Source: Hypanus sabinus (lineage: Eukaryota). From it: 64,000 nt of DNA. The stretch covers positions 22,692,001 through 22,756,000 of the forward strand of contig NC_082731.1 of NCBI RefSeq assembly GCF_030144855.1. The letters are read 5' to 3'. Below the pieces are notes generated by a model. The model saw nothing but the letters and a program-made list of their open reading frames with translations. It was not told where the DNA came from and searched no databases. Every line of letters begins with the position of its first letter. Positions within the stretch are counted from its first letter, which is position 1. Below are positions 35,620 to 49,779 of the stretch, piece by piece. A program made the translations under genes and the position numbers.

Positions 35620-37440
35620 TTCAACGGAATTTTGTGATGTCAGTACTTCCAATCTATTTGTGAATAGTAGTGATACATCATACTAGGGGGGAGATGCAAC
35701 GCACGGTTACTACTCAAATTTCAACTCCTCCAGTTTAAGCAGCACTTTCTACTCATCCTGTCCACAAGAGTATGCTTTCCTTGCCTATAACGCGTGTTAT
35801 TCAACAGCTCAGATCAATCTGCTCCATGACCAAAGTTAATTTCCTTGATTTTAAGCCAGATTAGCCGAAGATCTTCATCTCCGTTGGTGTTATCCGATTT
35901 TGCATCTCTCAAAAGAGGGGGCACTCACTTGTTTCAGTAGTTTCTGAGAACTTCTTGAGTAACACGCATCAGCATCGTCAGTGGGAAACGGATCTTCTCG
36001 TGCCAAGATCATCTCAGCTCAGTAGCAGCAATAGCCTTGTCAGCAGTAGACTTGCAGCACTAGCTAGTGAGTCTCGCCGACTATCGATTGTTTCCGTTTT
36101 GGTGGCAGCAGCAATCGATATCGTTTGAAAAAGATCGACCCTCCGATCATTCTCGAGGTCCTGCAAAACCTCCCGGGTGTGGGCCATCAGTGGTCCCTTC
36201 AGCAGAAGTGGTCAGAAGTCGTTTCTACCGAGGACCCTGCTCTGCAGCCTATCTCCTCCGTCACATGTTCTCCCTTTCTAGCTTCATTGCGAAACGTAGT
36301 AAACTATGGAGGAGGTTACATCGTTTGGGTCATCTGAATATGGATAGTAATCACGTATTGTGCCAACGCGCCCTTCACCACTTACTCTATCCTCAAGTAA
36401 ATTATCTCAGACAGTTCCTCAACCATTTTGTTGCACAAACTGTGCAGCGTCTGCATCCAATTGTAAATATAGAGAACGATATTCACTCTTTTCTCCCGGA
36501 ATCTGTGCCTAAACATTAGCCTTGGATATGCTGCACTTTCGGTAGCTGAAAGCATCCTCCAGAGATTGCAGGTAATCAGTCTTCACAGCTAGAGGATTTG
36601 CAGTGTCAGGTAAACTCACGCCTGCACCTTTATGTACTGTACAGGTCTCAGCTTTTTTAATATTATCCGACAATTGCCATTCATCCAGTAACTGATAAAC
36701 CTGCTGAGGCCAGTCCCCATGTTCCTCCTCCGCATCTGGTGTGGGATTGACTCCAGGGAATATAGTAAGCGTTCAATAACTTTTGCACTTCGAAAATGTA
36801 CCTCTTCATTTACCGACCAGTGATGTAATAGCCCAAATTAACTCAGCATGGAAATCAGCTACTGAAACGCTCATTGCCCCTGTCGCATGGCTCAACTCCT
36901 TCCCCGCAAACCGCAGAAAAAATGAACATTTCTTTACTGTCTCCCCATCCGCTGTTGGAGACTCGACTTCCAATTCGGGGCATTCGGCAACTCCGTGCTC
37001 TGCCTGAAAGTATGGATGGTCCTTGTCCCCGCATCGCCTGTTGCTCAAAATGATAGCAGACAAATTCGCTCCCCTTACTTCAGCGCTTGTCTGATCTAAC
37101 ACGCCATCTTTCAGCGACGTTTTATCAAACTACCGTTCCACGATCGTGCTTTTCCTTCATAATACAGCGATGTTTATTCCCTACTCAATAATTCATCTCC
37201 GCTGAGAATTTCCACATCTCAGAACACAAGCATTAGTAAAGGGCAATTTCTTAATCTCATCAACGCTTAACTGCTGCAGTGTCTTTAAGCACGCGCTTTA
37301 ATCATTTTCCCGGATAATTATTTAACACAGCTTTAAACACATAACTACTTAATTTTTAGAACAATCACACAGAGTACAATGAAATACATCCAGGTTGATA
37401 GTCCCACAATGAAACCACTTTTGATTCGGTATGTCTGGGC
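35620..37440 (-). mobile_element. Gypsy gag (PNMA-like) relic
   Basis: The minus strand at about 36540-36790 reads RLTIFPGVNPTPDAEEEHGDWPQQVYQLLDEWQLSDNIKK...DYLQSLEDAF, the PNMA-type capsid signature. Disrupted. Confidence 0.7.
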
Positions 37441-37489
37441 CGATTAAACTTAAAATAGTCAAATGTACGCTTAGGTTGCAGATGCATAA

Positions 37490-39590
37490 GAAACATAGCA
37501 ACATAAGAAAATGAATCAGGGTTAGTCTGGCTGGATTTTAGAAGCTGCTCCGCCATTGAATAAAATCCTGGTTAATAAAGCCATAGACTGATTTCCACAC
37601 ACTTGCCTTTTCTCTTTAATGTTTAATTCCCCTACAATTCAGAAATCTATCTAAACTTGTCTTATATATATATTTAACAATGACATCTTAACTGGTTTAT
37701 TGGACAGAAATTTGAACAGATCTGACCACCAACTGTGAAAAGCATTTCCTTCTCAGCAGCCCTACACCCCTTCACCTGAATAATGAGGTTAAGTACGCTG
37801 TTCTGCCCTCACCAACCGGTGGTAGCAACTTTCCAGCATGAATTCTATCTATCCCTTTCATAATTTTACATGTTTCTATCAGAACTCCTGTCATTCATTT
37901 GAATTCCAGCGAGCACATACCCAGGCGCCTCAATCTCTCCTAATAGTGTAACTGCCTTATCTCTGGAATCAACCTGGAATCTCCTCTGCACTGCCTCCAG
38001 AACCAATACCTCCTTCCTCAAATAAGGAGACCAGAACTGCACGCAGTACTCCAGGCACAGCCTCAACAATGCCTTGCACAGTTACAGCATAACCTCAAAG
38101 TCTTAAATTCAATCCTGTTAGCAACAAGGGACAACATTTCACTTGCTTTCTTGATAGCCTACTGAACCAGTAAACCAGACCTTTGTGATTCATGTATAAG
38201 CACTCCCAACTCCGTCTGCAAAACGGCATGCTGCATTTTAATCATTTAAATAATACTTCGCTCTTTCGTTTTGCCTTTCAAAGTGGATGACCTCGCATTT
38301 ACAAACAATGTACTTGATCAGGCCGTATTTTGCCCATTCGTTTAACCAGGCTATTTGGGTCTACAGACTCCCCGTATCTTCGGAAATACTTGTTTTTCTA
38401 ATCAAATTAGTATCATCAGCAAACAGATAGTCTACACTCAGTCGCCTCATGCAGATCATTAAAAGGTTGGGGAGTTCAGCACCATACCTGCAGCACACCG
38501 CCTAAATCCGATTCAGAACTAGAATAACAAATATGCATCCCCAGAACACACTGGTAACTATTGGCCATCCAATCCTCCATCCACGCTAACACATCTCCCC
38601 AAACTTTAAGCACCCTTGTCTTATAGATAAATCTGTTATACAGAACCTTTTAGATCGCTTTCGGAAATCCAAGTGATAACGTTCATCTGTTCCTCTATAT
38701 TAGTTGCACTAGTTATATCCTCAAAGAAGTCCAATCAGTTTATCAAGCAGACTTGCCGTTGCTGAATCAATGTCGTGTCTGGCTGATGGACATATTTCTT
38801 TCCAGGTGGCACGTTTCTTCTGTAATAATAGTTTCAAGCATTTTCCCAAGTGCAGATGTGGAACTTCCTGGCATATAGTTACGACTTTGCCTGCATTACT
38901 TTTCAAACAGTGGCGTTATATTCGCGGTCTTCCGACCCTCCCGGACATGCCCAGTATTCAGCAGGTTTTGGTAAATATCACTAAAACTTCTACTGAACAT
39001 TTGCCATTGGTTTCAGTACTCTGGGATACATTCCATCAGTACCAGGGGACTTAGTTACCTTCAGGCCCATTCGTTTGCTCAGAACTAACTCTTTTGTGTT
39101 AACCTTTGAATCGAGTTCTACAACTTCCATCGGATCCATAACAGCTCTCGCTGGTCATGTTAGATGTGGCCGCAAACGTGAAAACTGACATAAAAATAGT
39201 CATTCAAAGCCTTAGCCGTTTCGCCATGACCTCAAAACGATTCCCCTTTCTCTTCCCCAAAGATATCAACGTTCATTTTCGCTACCCCTCTCATCTTTAT
39301 ATAATTATTAAAAAAACTACTTACCATCGGTTTTTATATTAGGTGCTGGTTTACTTTTATGAGCTCGCTTCCCAACTTAACGCCTTCTCCTTTACAATCG
39401 CGTTCGTTCTTGAACTTGAGGACAACATTATCAGACAGTAACCCAGCTGCAGCCAGCAACAGTTATTTTCGATACCATGAAAAACGATCGCTTTATCCAA
39501 TTTAAATTCTGATGAAATCCACGAACATTGTTCCTTCAGCAGCGCCTTATCCACTGGCGCATAACATTCATGGTTCTTTGAGCATGTTCA
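37490..39590 (-). mobile_element. CR1 LINE ORF2 fragment
   Basis: LEYCVQFWSPYLRKEVLVLEAVQRRF (37866-38069), a 3' tail near 37490 and upstream RT remnants. Confidence 0.85.
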
Positions 39591-39960
39591 CCATCATTAT
39601 GTTCCCTCCTCGATGTAGTCAGCTTCATACTTGACTTTTGACTTTTGTTGACATCGCTAATAGTCAGAGAATGCTATATTTGTGGAAGTTGTCCTTATGA
39701 GCAGTTATGGAGAAAAGTCACTGAATATACTTAATGCAGAGATAAATAGGTTCTTGATTAGTCAGGAAAGGAAAGCACATGGGATTAAAACAGTTAAGTG
39801 GAGATAACTGACAGAATTGGATGAGTCCACGATTCAATGGCGGAACAGAAACGATGGCCGAACGGTCTACTTCTGCTCCTCTATATCTTACTGTCTTATG
39901 GTCAGGATCAGTGGATACACGCATGCTTCTATAACACAAGGGGAAAGATTTCACTACTAA

Positions 39961-42320
39961 TGTAATGGTTTTGTTTAGCAGCGGTGCTTGGGCTATAATT
40001 CGAGATAACGGGAGGAATTTTTTTTTTTTTTGTTTTTGCCTGTGTGCCAAACAATGAAGTGATCCAGATTTTTTTTTTTGTTTGGCAGAAGATGGAGAGA
40101 GAGGATGCCATCAATGAGAGATCATAGACACCAGAAAGGAGTGGACTTGGAGTGGTTCGAATGTCGACCAAGCCTGGGGAAATCGATGCGGAGCCAGCGG
40201 GTGTGAAACCCCGAGCTCCAAATTGTGGATATCTGACTGTTTCATTAAAATGGGGCCTCTTCGTCTTACTTTGCTAACCCTTTATTGAAATTAAGAATTT
40301 TAATGCGAAATGGTTTATTTGCATATGGTGCACTTTCTTTTATTTTGTGGTACGGATTTGCAACACGGTAACATATCTTGGAGCATCAACGCGAACAGTA
40401 GGTTTTGCAGCTCAATCACATACATATGGTGGAGTCAGAAATTGTCTTCCCGAGACCTTGCGTAGCCGACACAACCCGAGGCAAACATTTATGGGGGAAT
40501 CTTCGGGATTGATTTGGTTGGATGCACTGAGATTGCCCTGAGTGTTGAACGAGTGTACTGAGTGTTTAATTTTGTGCTAGTTTTGATGCCGCCAAGGTTG
40601 AGCGATGGTGTTTATCCATTGGTTTACCGGTAAGAAATGCGGGAGTATTGATAGGTGTAGATATTCGTACTCCCAATGAATTGTTAGTTCGACTTCTAAG
40701 TATCTTCAAAGCTGTAGGTGTAAGATTGTGGGGCGCAGGGTTGATGAAATGACGGGCTCAGACATTGTTTCCCTTCAGGCTAGCGGTGACGTAATGGCAG
40801 TGGATCTGCCTGGTACTATAGCGGTCCGAGGACAGAGGTGTCCGTGGCCAGTCAACACTTTCCCGGAGGAGGAGAGTGTAAGGGAGAGGGTCCAATTCCA
40901 AGTCGAGACTGCCGCAGATAGAGGCGGATCGGTCAGAGACTGGTTTCTCTCGTTTCTGGTTAGCGAAAAGTAGGAGAGGTCTGATTTAGACGTACTAATG
41001 ATTCCCTGCCCTCCAATGAGGAGAAAGATTATGAGTTAGTATCCGCCCTTACCTCTCCAGCGAATACATGGTAAAATCCCCGGATTGAAATTCCCTGGCT
41101 TCGTCGACTGTTTCCAAGAACGTAGCCCAAGCCTGAATGGGAAGAGGTGTATGAGAATTGGGCACAGCAGATCTCTGAATTGTTCGATGAGTGACATTGT
41201 TAGGATGACGTTATACGATTGCGATTGGTTGAAAGTTCGAGTGGACAGACTGCTGTTGTTCTGACAGCCATAAAGGCACACAACCCCCTTGGCACTTCTG
41301 CAATCGCAAAATAAAGTTTAGTTGCGACGACGGGAACGACAATGCTGTTCAAGACGGTGTTTCAGAACATGTGTCAAGAGAAATCACAACAAAACTTTAT
41401 GCCTCTATCTTTCGGCAAGGGAGGAAGCTAAATTATTGTGGCGCAGAAGGGCCAACTGACGGCTAAGGGAAGGACCAAATAGCAAAAGACGCTCGGTCTG
41501 AAACAGGGGATCTCCGATTGACTGGCAAGACGCACCGCTCTGCCTCATTTGTTGAACTGATCAAAGTTGTTCGAAAGGATTAGAATGCTTTGGGGCCTAA
41601 GCTCCAGAGTATCGCTACAGATACAGAGTATTAATGTGAGATGCATACTTGACACAGGGTCGCAAATCATCGAGCCCTACCGTTCATTTTACGAATAGTA
41701 TTAGACAGTGTTCGCATTGACGCGAGTCAGTGCACTAGAGATCTGAGGAGTTAGTCTGAGTGAATATCCCTGTAATGCTTACTTGTCAGTGAAGCTGGAG
41801 ATTTCGGAGGCCGATGTGGGAGAGATCAGCTGCTTCATTCTTTACCACTAGTTTGTCCTGATCTCGGACAGACGGGCGGTTTTTCAATTGTTATGGATGC
41901 AACACTCCTATTGTGGGGAGGCTCCTGGCTGCAAGGACAATGCTGGAGAAAGCTTTCTGAGAACGTTGACCTTTACAACTTTACTTCGCTAGTCCGCTAT
42001 ATTTAGGGAAGAAGCAGGAGTACCAGTAAACCACAAATTTCCCGGAAAGTCCAAGGGCGAGGGTCTCTTGTTGGATGCTCCGGAAGACTACGACAGGGAG
42101 TCCGGATTTCCTTCTAGAATACGGGTGAGTCCATCAATGCAGAGATCCTCGGTTGTACAGGCGGACAGGATAGCATTGATTATCAGCAACACTGCGAGGA
42201 GGGAGATCACCTTCAAGCGGAAGATGCTCATGGCGCACCTCTTCCCTGTGACCTTAATGTCCAGTGTCCCTGAGAGGCAAACCGGAGAAAAACTCTCAGT
42301 AAAAGTGCGAAGTTGACCGC
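39961..42320 (+). mobile_element. 5' part of a Gypsy element: LTR (39961-40424), PBS-like TGGTGGAG (40427), PNMA-like gag, protease, truncated before RT
   Basis: VDLPGTIAVRGQRCPWPV gag N-terminus; ATACTTGACACAGGGTCGCAAATC (ILDTGSQI, about 41645); the region after the protease is homologous to 590-960. Confidence 0.8.
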
Positions 42321-44339
42321 TTTGTGTCAACTTTGCGAAATTCGCGGTACTGACGGCTTGGAACAAGTTGTAGTGCTCAGGAAGGAGAATTGGAGGTACG
42401 GATATGTGCGGATTATTGGAGTCTGACTGGACCGAACAGTATACGATCCGAAAGATCGCTGGCCTGCTTGACTGGACCAGAGTGTATCAATGTGCTGAAA
42501 TTGAGGAGTGGGTATTACCAGAACTAAATCCAGAAACACCAAATGAGAATCATTAGTTACCAATCCTTAAACAGCAAATTGCGATTTCTGGGAATGTTCT
42601 TTGATTGCAAATGGTGATACATATTTCAACCGTGCTTCCTCACATATCTTGCTGAATCCGTTACCTTCTCGATTTCCTATAAGCCATGTAATCTTCCTTT
42701 CCGGCATTGACAATGCCTCGTAATTCAAAGATGACCTGAATTTATAAAACTGATGTGAGTGTTGAGAATTTGATTCTTAACGGTTTATATCTTTATAATG
42801 CTTCCACATTAGGGTCTCCGCTGACGAGCTGATATGCAGTCAATCTTCATATTACAGTTGAATAGGTCAAACCGCAAATGTATTTAGAACATACCCCGCA
42901 ACCTATAATAAGGCATCGTCCTCCTGGAACATTACTACACTATCAATGAACTAGTTAAAAATTCATCTAATTTTTTTTCAACACACCTATTATGCCGACT
43001 GCCAGGACTCGTGCCGTGAAGCCAGAGCAAAGTCAAAGACAAGTTTCTTAGCATAAAAAAACTTAAGAACAGCTGATTTAAAATCTGGCAGCAGCATGAA
43101 GGTCGCATAGAATCATGTGAGCAACCTTCACAAATATAAATTAACTTAAGCAGGAATGATGCACATTATTAACAAAATGCATTCCGTTATAATGAATTAA
43201 AAAGATGATAGTTGTTAGGCTGTAATGATTTTGTTTTTGCGCGAATGAAATCGATTCTCCAGACACAGATGTTCTCAAATTATTTGAATATATGGCATAA
43301 ACAGAACTTCCAAGAGAAAGTAAGTTTGACGCAGTATGGCGGGATAATATCATTCAGACACCCAAAACCTGAACATGGAAGGAGGCAGCAGAGCGGTGTG
43401 GGAGAATCAATGATGTCAATAATAACAGCTTTCAACTATGGCAAGNNNNNNNNNNNNNNNNNNNNNNNNNNNNNNNNNNNNNNNNNNNNNNNNNNNNNNN
43501 NNNNNNNNNNNNNNNNNNNNNNNNNNNNNNNNNNNNNNNNNNNNNNNNNNNNNNNNNNNNNNNNNNNNNNNNNNNNNNNNNNNNNNNNNNNNNNNNNNNN
43601 GTTCTGATTACCATTAGCATTTACAAGCCATTATGTCCTCTTAGCTGCGTTTATTTGTTGCATTGAAGCAAGCGGTAATTTTGCAGAGTTCATTGTGTTC
43701 AACCATTTTACCTGTTTTGTTTTCCAACATCTTTGTTGAGTTCAATCTGTACTTCAAGTTGCGGGAAGGCCCGGTGATATTGCCTCTTCTACATTTAGAC
43801 TCAGAGCTAGTCAGGAAAGAAGCAAGTCACGGTGGATGGACCGAACAGCCGAGTAATGATTGGGAAGCAGACTTTTCCATTCTATCTAATTGTTGCTTTA
43901 TTTATTTGGATATTCCGGTCTTCCGCTCAGAATGACCGAAATATCTTCATTTAAAAACAAATACAATTTTTTCAGGTACGCTCCTGAACTTCTATCACGG
44001 AATTTTTCCAAAACTGCTCTTTTTTTAACTGAACTGAAATGACGAACGACCGCAATGTTAGTCGAATACGCCAGTCACATTCGCTAAATTGCTGAACAAA
44101 ATGTGATGCTATGTAATCTTATCCCTAATTCAATCTACTTCCTGACCCATGCCCCTTGAAAGGATTGAAACTTAAATAAATGTAAAGATTACGATCTGAA
44201 TGTACTTTTAAGGACCTTGTCTCCACTTGTCTCTGCCGTAAATAGTCAGGCCCATGGATAAATAAGTTCTTCCTCATTTATTTGTCACAATTAAAATCCG
44301 TAACTTGTTTAAAATAATATTTTCCTTATAGAATGATGT

Positions 44340-47300
44340 CAAAACGAGCACAAACCCTGCCCCACTCAGTGTGCTGCTTTCACTCGTTGCGTACCTGCGC
44401 GACAACATTGGTTACCCCGATAGTCAAACGGCATTTGGATTCAGCATGACGACTCGGATCTGCAGACTGCAGTTTCCCTTAAACTACCAACCTTCTGGAC
44501 CACTCAGTCCCTGGTCTCGTTCGAGCAAGTAGAGGCCCACTTCGACGTCAGGCAAATCGTCTCAGAAGCCATCAAGTATTACCGTGGTGGGAAGCATCGA
44601 CAAGGAATCAGTGGGGCGTGTTATTGACTTTCTGCATCAGCCCCTGGCAACAGACAGTTACGAGGCACTCAGGGCCCTGTTAATCCGCACATTTGGACTT
44701 TGGCGCCCGGTTACTTCATATTGACGGCCTGGGCAACAGCGCGCCATCTGTCCGGATGAGCGGCATTCTAGCAGTGGAAGACGGTCATAAGCCTTGCCTC
44801 CTTTTTGAACAGATCTTCTTGGAGAAAAATACCAGAAGACGTCCACCTCCTGCTGGCAGATGACGACTTCAGATATCCGCGCAGGGTGGCTTCCCGCGAA
44901 GACGTGATTTGGCACGCTAAACAAAATGGCTGAAGCACCATCGAAATTAGTGCTGCAGCACGACCGAATGTCTTGCCCTCGCACACTACAGCCGCGGAAC
45001 CAGTAAAGGATGGATATCTCTCCCGGATCAGATGAGGTGCATCCACGGGTTCTGAAGTAGGTGGCTTTGGAGATTGTGGAGGCATTAAAAATAATCTTCC
45101 AGGAGTCAGTAGACTCTGTCACGGTTCCGGAGGACTGGATGCTCACTAATGTAGTTCCGTTGTTTAAGAAGGTGGGAGGCAGCAAAAGGATAATTACAGA
45201 CTTATAAGTCTGACATCTGTAGTTAGAAAGTTTTTGGAGTTGATCCGCAAGGATGAGATTATGAATTACTTTGACGTGCAGCACAAAATAGACCCACGCC
45301 AACAGGGTTTCATGAAGGGTAGATCCTGCCTCACCAACTTATTGGTATTTTTTGAGGTAATCTCAAATTAGATTGAAAAGGGAAGGGCTGTGGATGTTGA
45401 GTATTTGATTTTCTAAAAGGTTCTTGATACGGTGCCGCATAAGGGGCTGATTAATATGGTGAGGGTACGTGGAGTTACAGGATGGATATTGGAAAAGGAT
45501 GCAGCATTCGCTGATAGGCAGAAAACAAATAGCGGGAATACTGGGATCCTATTCTGCTTGGTTGCCGGTTACTAGTGGTGTTGGCGACACTGCAGGGGTT
45601 GGTGTTATGGCCTCTTCTTTTTACACTGTATATCGACGATTTAGATTATGGTCTAAATGGCTTTGTGGCTAAGTTTGCGGATGACACTAAGATAGGTTGA
45701 GGAGCACGAAGTGTTGAGTAAACGGAAAGGTTGCAGAGACTTGGTCAGTTTAGGAGAGAGGGCAAATAAATGGCAGATGAAATACAATGTTGAGAAATGC
45801 AGGGTTGCACACTCTGGAAGAAGAAAATATTTATTATTGTCTATTATTATTTTGATGGGGAGAAAATTCAAAAATCGCAAGTGCAAAGAGATTTGGCTAT
45901 CCTAGTGCAGGAGACCCTGAAGGGTAACTACCAGGTTGGATGGGCAGTAAGGAAAGCGAAAGCTATGTTGTCATTCATTTCAAGAGTATTAGTGTATAAC
46001 AGTAAGGAGGTGTTGATGAGGCTCTATGGGCACTGGTGAGATCCCATTTGGACGACTGTGTGTAGTCTTCGATCCTTTATCTTAGAAAGGACGTGCTGAT
46101 TTGGAGAGAGTTCAAAGAAGATTAACAAGGATGAGTTCTGGAATGCAGGGAATAATATATGAGGAGAGTTTGTCGGCTCTTGCATTTGATTAATTAGAGT
46201 ATAGAAGAATGAGAGGGGATCTCATAGAAACATTTCGAATGATAAAAGAGGTGGACAGAGTAGATGTGGAAAGGCTGTTTTCCTTGGTGGGTGAGTCCAG
46301 GACAAGAGGTCACAGTCTTTGAATTAGAGGGTACCCATTGAAAACAGAGATGAAGAGATTATTTATTTTTTTAGCCAGAGGGTCGTGGATTTATGGAATT
46401 CGTTGCCACATAGAGCTGTGGAGCCCCAGTCATTGACTGTGTTTAAGGAGGAGAATGATAAGCATCTAATTAGTGAGGGTATTAAGGGATATGGGGATTA
46501 AGCCGGAAATTGGAACTAGATGGGAGAACTCATGGTGGAGTGGCGGAGCTGACTCGATGGGCCGGATGACTTACTTCTGTTCCTTTGTCTTGTAATCTTG
46601 TGATCTTGTGAACACCCACAGCAAGGGACGGCAGCACCTCTGAGTCTTGGTGTTATTATCATTAAATGTGGTGTTCCGGGGCCGCCGCTGCCGACTGCCA
46701 TGCTCGTCCTAGGGAAACGGCAGGACCAGCCCTCGCCTCCTCTACGTTTGGGAAAAGCCCTCTGGGCGGAGATTCCTTGTGGACACGGGGGCGGAATTCT
46801 TTGTCCTACACCATTCGAGCCACGATACCCTATCTACAAGAACAGGACCGGAATTTACGGCAGCCAATAGAAGCACCATCCGGACGTCCGGCAGAAATAC
46901 CATCCCTTTGCTGTTCGATTCCAGCCGCTTTACATGGACATTTACGCTGGACGCAGTATCACAACCATTGCGGGTGAAGACTTCCACAGAGCACACTGCC
47001 TGCTCGTCGATTTGAAGGGATGGCGATTAGTCGACGCGAAGACGTTCCAGACTTGCTCCCTCGGTGAGGCCCCGCACCTGGATTCCGTCACGTGTTCCGA
47101 CTACGAGTTCACCAGAGTATTATCGGAGTTCCCATCCATCATCACGCCGTAGTTTTCTTCAACAGACCCCAAGAACGGCGTGATGCACCACATCCCCAAA
47201 CAGGGACTTCACCTTCATGCCCGGGAGTGCATTAGCAAGCTCAGCCTCGCGAAAGAGGAATTCAAAATGATGGAGGAGACGGGTATTGTGCGGCATTTCG

Positions 47301-49640
47301 ACAGCCCGTAGTCCTCCCAACTCCATATGGTTCCCAAGTTCGCAGGAGGGTGGAGACCGTGCGGCGACTATAAGAGGCTGAAAGAATCCATTACGTCCGA
47401 TCGTTACCGGGTACCACACATCCAGGTATTTACGACCAACCTGCACGGGGCTGGCACTTTTTCGTAGATTGACCTGTCCGAGGTTATCATCAGATCCATG
47501 TTCACCTGGTCAATGTACCCAATCTGCCTTCATTGTCCCCTTTGGCCTGTTCGAGTTCATCAGGATGCCGTTTGGGCTCAGAAACTCGTCGCAAAAGTCC
47601 CAGCGCCTGGGGGAGGCAGTAGGGCGAGATCTGGACTTTCTGTTCATCTACCTGGATGACATTTTATCGCCAGCCGCTCCCGCCTGGAACATCTAGCACA
47701 TTTGTGTTTACTGTACAGCCGCATAAGCACTACGGCCTGGCTATCAATCCCTCCAAGTGCTAGTTTGGCCTACACTCCATTGACTTCTTGGGACACCGGA
47801 TCGACTGCCATTGAGTTGTGCCCCTGCCGACAAAATTTGAAGCCATTTGCCAATTATCCAGACCCAGCACTGTTCAAGGTCTGAAGGAGTTTGTTGGGAT
47901 GGTTACCTTTTACCACCGTTTCCTGCCCTCAGCGGCCCGAACCATGCGGCCACTCTTTGGCTTGATGTCCGACAATTTCAAAGAGGTCACCTGGACAGAG
48001 GAGGCGACGGCACTTTCGAACGATCCAAGAACATGCCAGCAAACTCCTCGCTGCTGGACGTACCGCGGATCGACGTCCCCACTGCCCTCACTGTGTATGC
48101 CAACGATGCGGCAGCTGGCGGAGAGCTCGAGTCGTTCATCGAAGTCCAGAAGAAGCCGCTCGTTTTTTTCAGCTGGCTCCTACGACTCCCGGAACTTAAG
48201 TACAGCGCATTTGACATGGAGCTGCTGGCCCTGAACATTTCCATCCGGCTCTTTAGGTACTTCCTGGAAGGAGGGAGTTCACAGTCTTCACAGAGCACAA
48301 GCGCCTAACCAGCCTGTTTGCCAGTGTCGCATCCGCAATCTGGCCGCAAGCAACGCCAACTGCTGTCCATCTCTGTGTTTACCACCACGATCAAGCACAA
48401 GCAACATGGTAGCCGAAGCGCTGTCACGCACCTCCGACCATTCTCTGTCTCGGGGGTGGATTATGCGCCGTTAGCCAAGGCGCAACGACTTTATAGCGAG
48501 ATGCCGGCGTACAGAACCTCAGTGTCAGAATACCGCCTGGAAGACATACCCATCGGGCTTGAAGGTAATGAGCTCCTTTGCGATCTGTCCGATTGGAAAT
48601 CTCGGTTCATCGTCTCGACCGCGTGTAGGCGCCGAGTTTTCGACGCATTGTACAGTTTAGTCCAATCCGGGTGATCATCGGACTGATCGCAGACAAGTTT
48701 GTGTGGCACGGCAAACGCAAGCAGGCCGGGCGCTAGGCCAGGACATGCTTGCACTGTCAAACCTCCAAAATCCACAGTCACGTGAGGTCCCCACTACAAC
48801 CCTTCCAGCAGACACATAGAATGTTTGAACATGTCGACGTGGACATCGTCGGCCCACGGCATGTTTCGAGAGGAGCGAGGTACTTGTGGACCGGTTCAGG
48901 AGGTGGCCGAGCGCTATCCCACTCTCTGACAGGGCATCGGAGACAAGCAGCAGAGCACTTTTTACCACCTGGGTGGCACGGTTCGGACTCACAGCACACT
49001 TCACTTCAGGCAGCGGTGTGCAGTTCACATCGGCTTTGTGGTCTGCAATGGCAACATTCCTCGGAACCCAGCTCCAACGAACGACTGTTTACCACCCGCT
49101 GTCCAACGGCCTGGTGGAATGTTTACCCCGCGCTTGAAGTCAGCCCTGATGTCACGCCTCCGAGGGACAGAATGGGTTGACGAACTCCCCTGGGTGAAGC
49201 TTGGCATCCGCACGGCACCCAAGGAGGACCTGGCCGCATCATCTGCTGAACTTGTTTAAGGTGCCCCGCTCACAGTTCCCAGTGAGTTTGAACAAGCACC
49301 CGGTGGCCAGGAGGACACACACTCAGGCGGTCGTAACTAAACTTCCGCAGCGGCTTGGAACACTTGCCCCAGTTCCAACGTCCCATCACGGTACTAAACC
49401 CTCTTTCGTTCCAAAGGATCTACAGTAGAGCAAGTAAGTTTACGTTCGCAAGAGCCGCACAGACCAACCGTACTGGGACAATACGAAGGACGCTACAAGG
49501 TAGTTCGCCATGATGGGACGACCTGTGTTCTCGACATCGCCGGCAGTGACGAGATTTTTATCATTGACCGTCTCAAACCGGCGCGTCTAGTCATGGGCGC
49601 GGAGGCCGAGTTGGGAGGAATTACGGTCGTAGCGAGAGTG
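44340..49640 (+). mobile_element. CsRn1-like Gypsy retrotransposon, decayed, interrupted by a CR1
   Basis: PBS TGGTTACCCCGA (44409-44420; 11/12 match to the complement of the tRNA-Trp 3' end); gag AVSLKLPTFW; CHCC-type motif WCYYH...RRCRLPC (about 46650-46715); protease FLVDTGAEF; RT GWRPCGDYKRL and FIYLDDIL; RNase H KYSAFDMELLA; integrase HVDVDIVGP and YHPLSNGLVE. Confidence 0.88.
45011..46611 (+). mobile_element. 5'-truncated CR1 LINE nested in the CsRn1-like gag
   Basis: Starts at a SPGSDEVHPRVLK-type motif, includes KFADDTKIG, and ends in a (TCTTGTGA)n tail at about 46611; Gypsy gag resumes right after. Confidence 0.88.
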
Positions 49641-49779
49641 GAATTGTTGCCAAGGGAGCCTTTAGTCGGAGTCTTGGTATTAGTATAGAATTCAGGGACG
49701 ATGCTAGACTGATAGTCAAAGGAACCATGGGACCATTCGACCAACGAACTGGCAAATCCTTGTTGTGGTCACGAGAATT

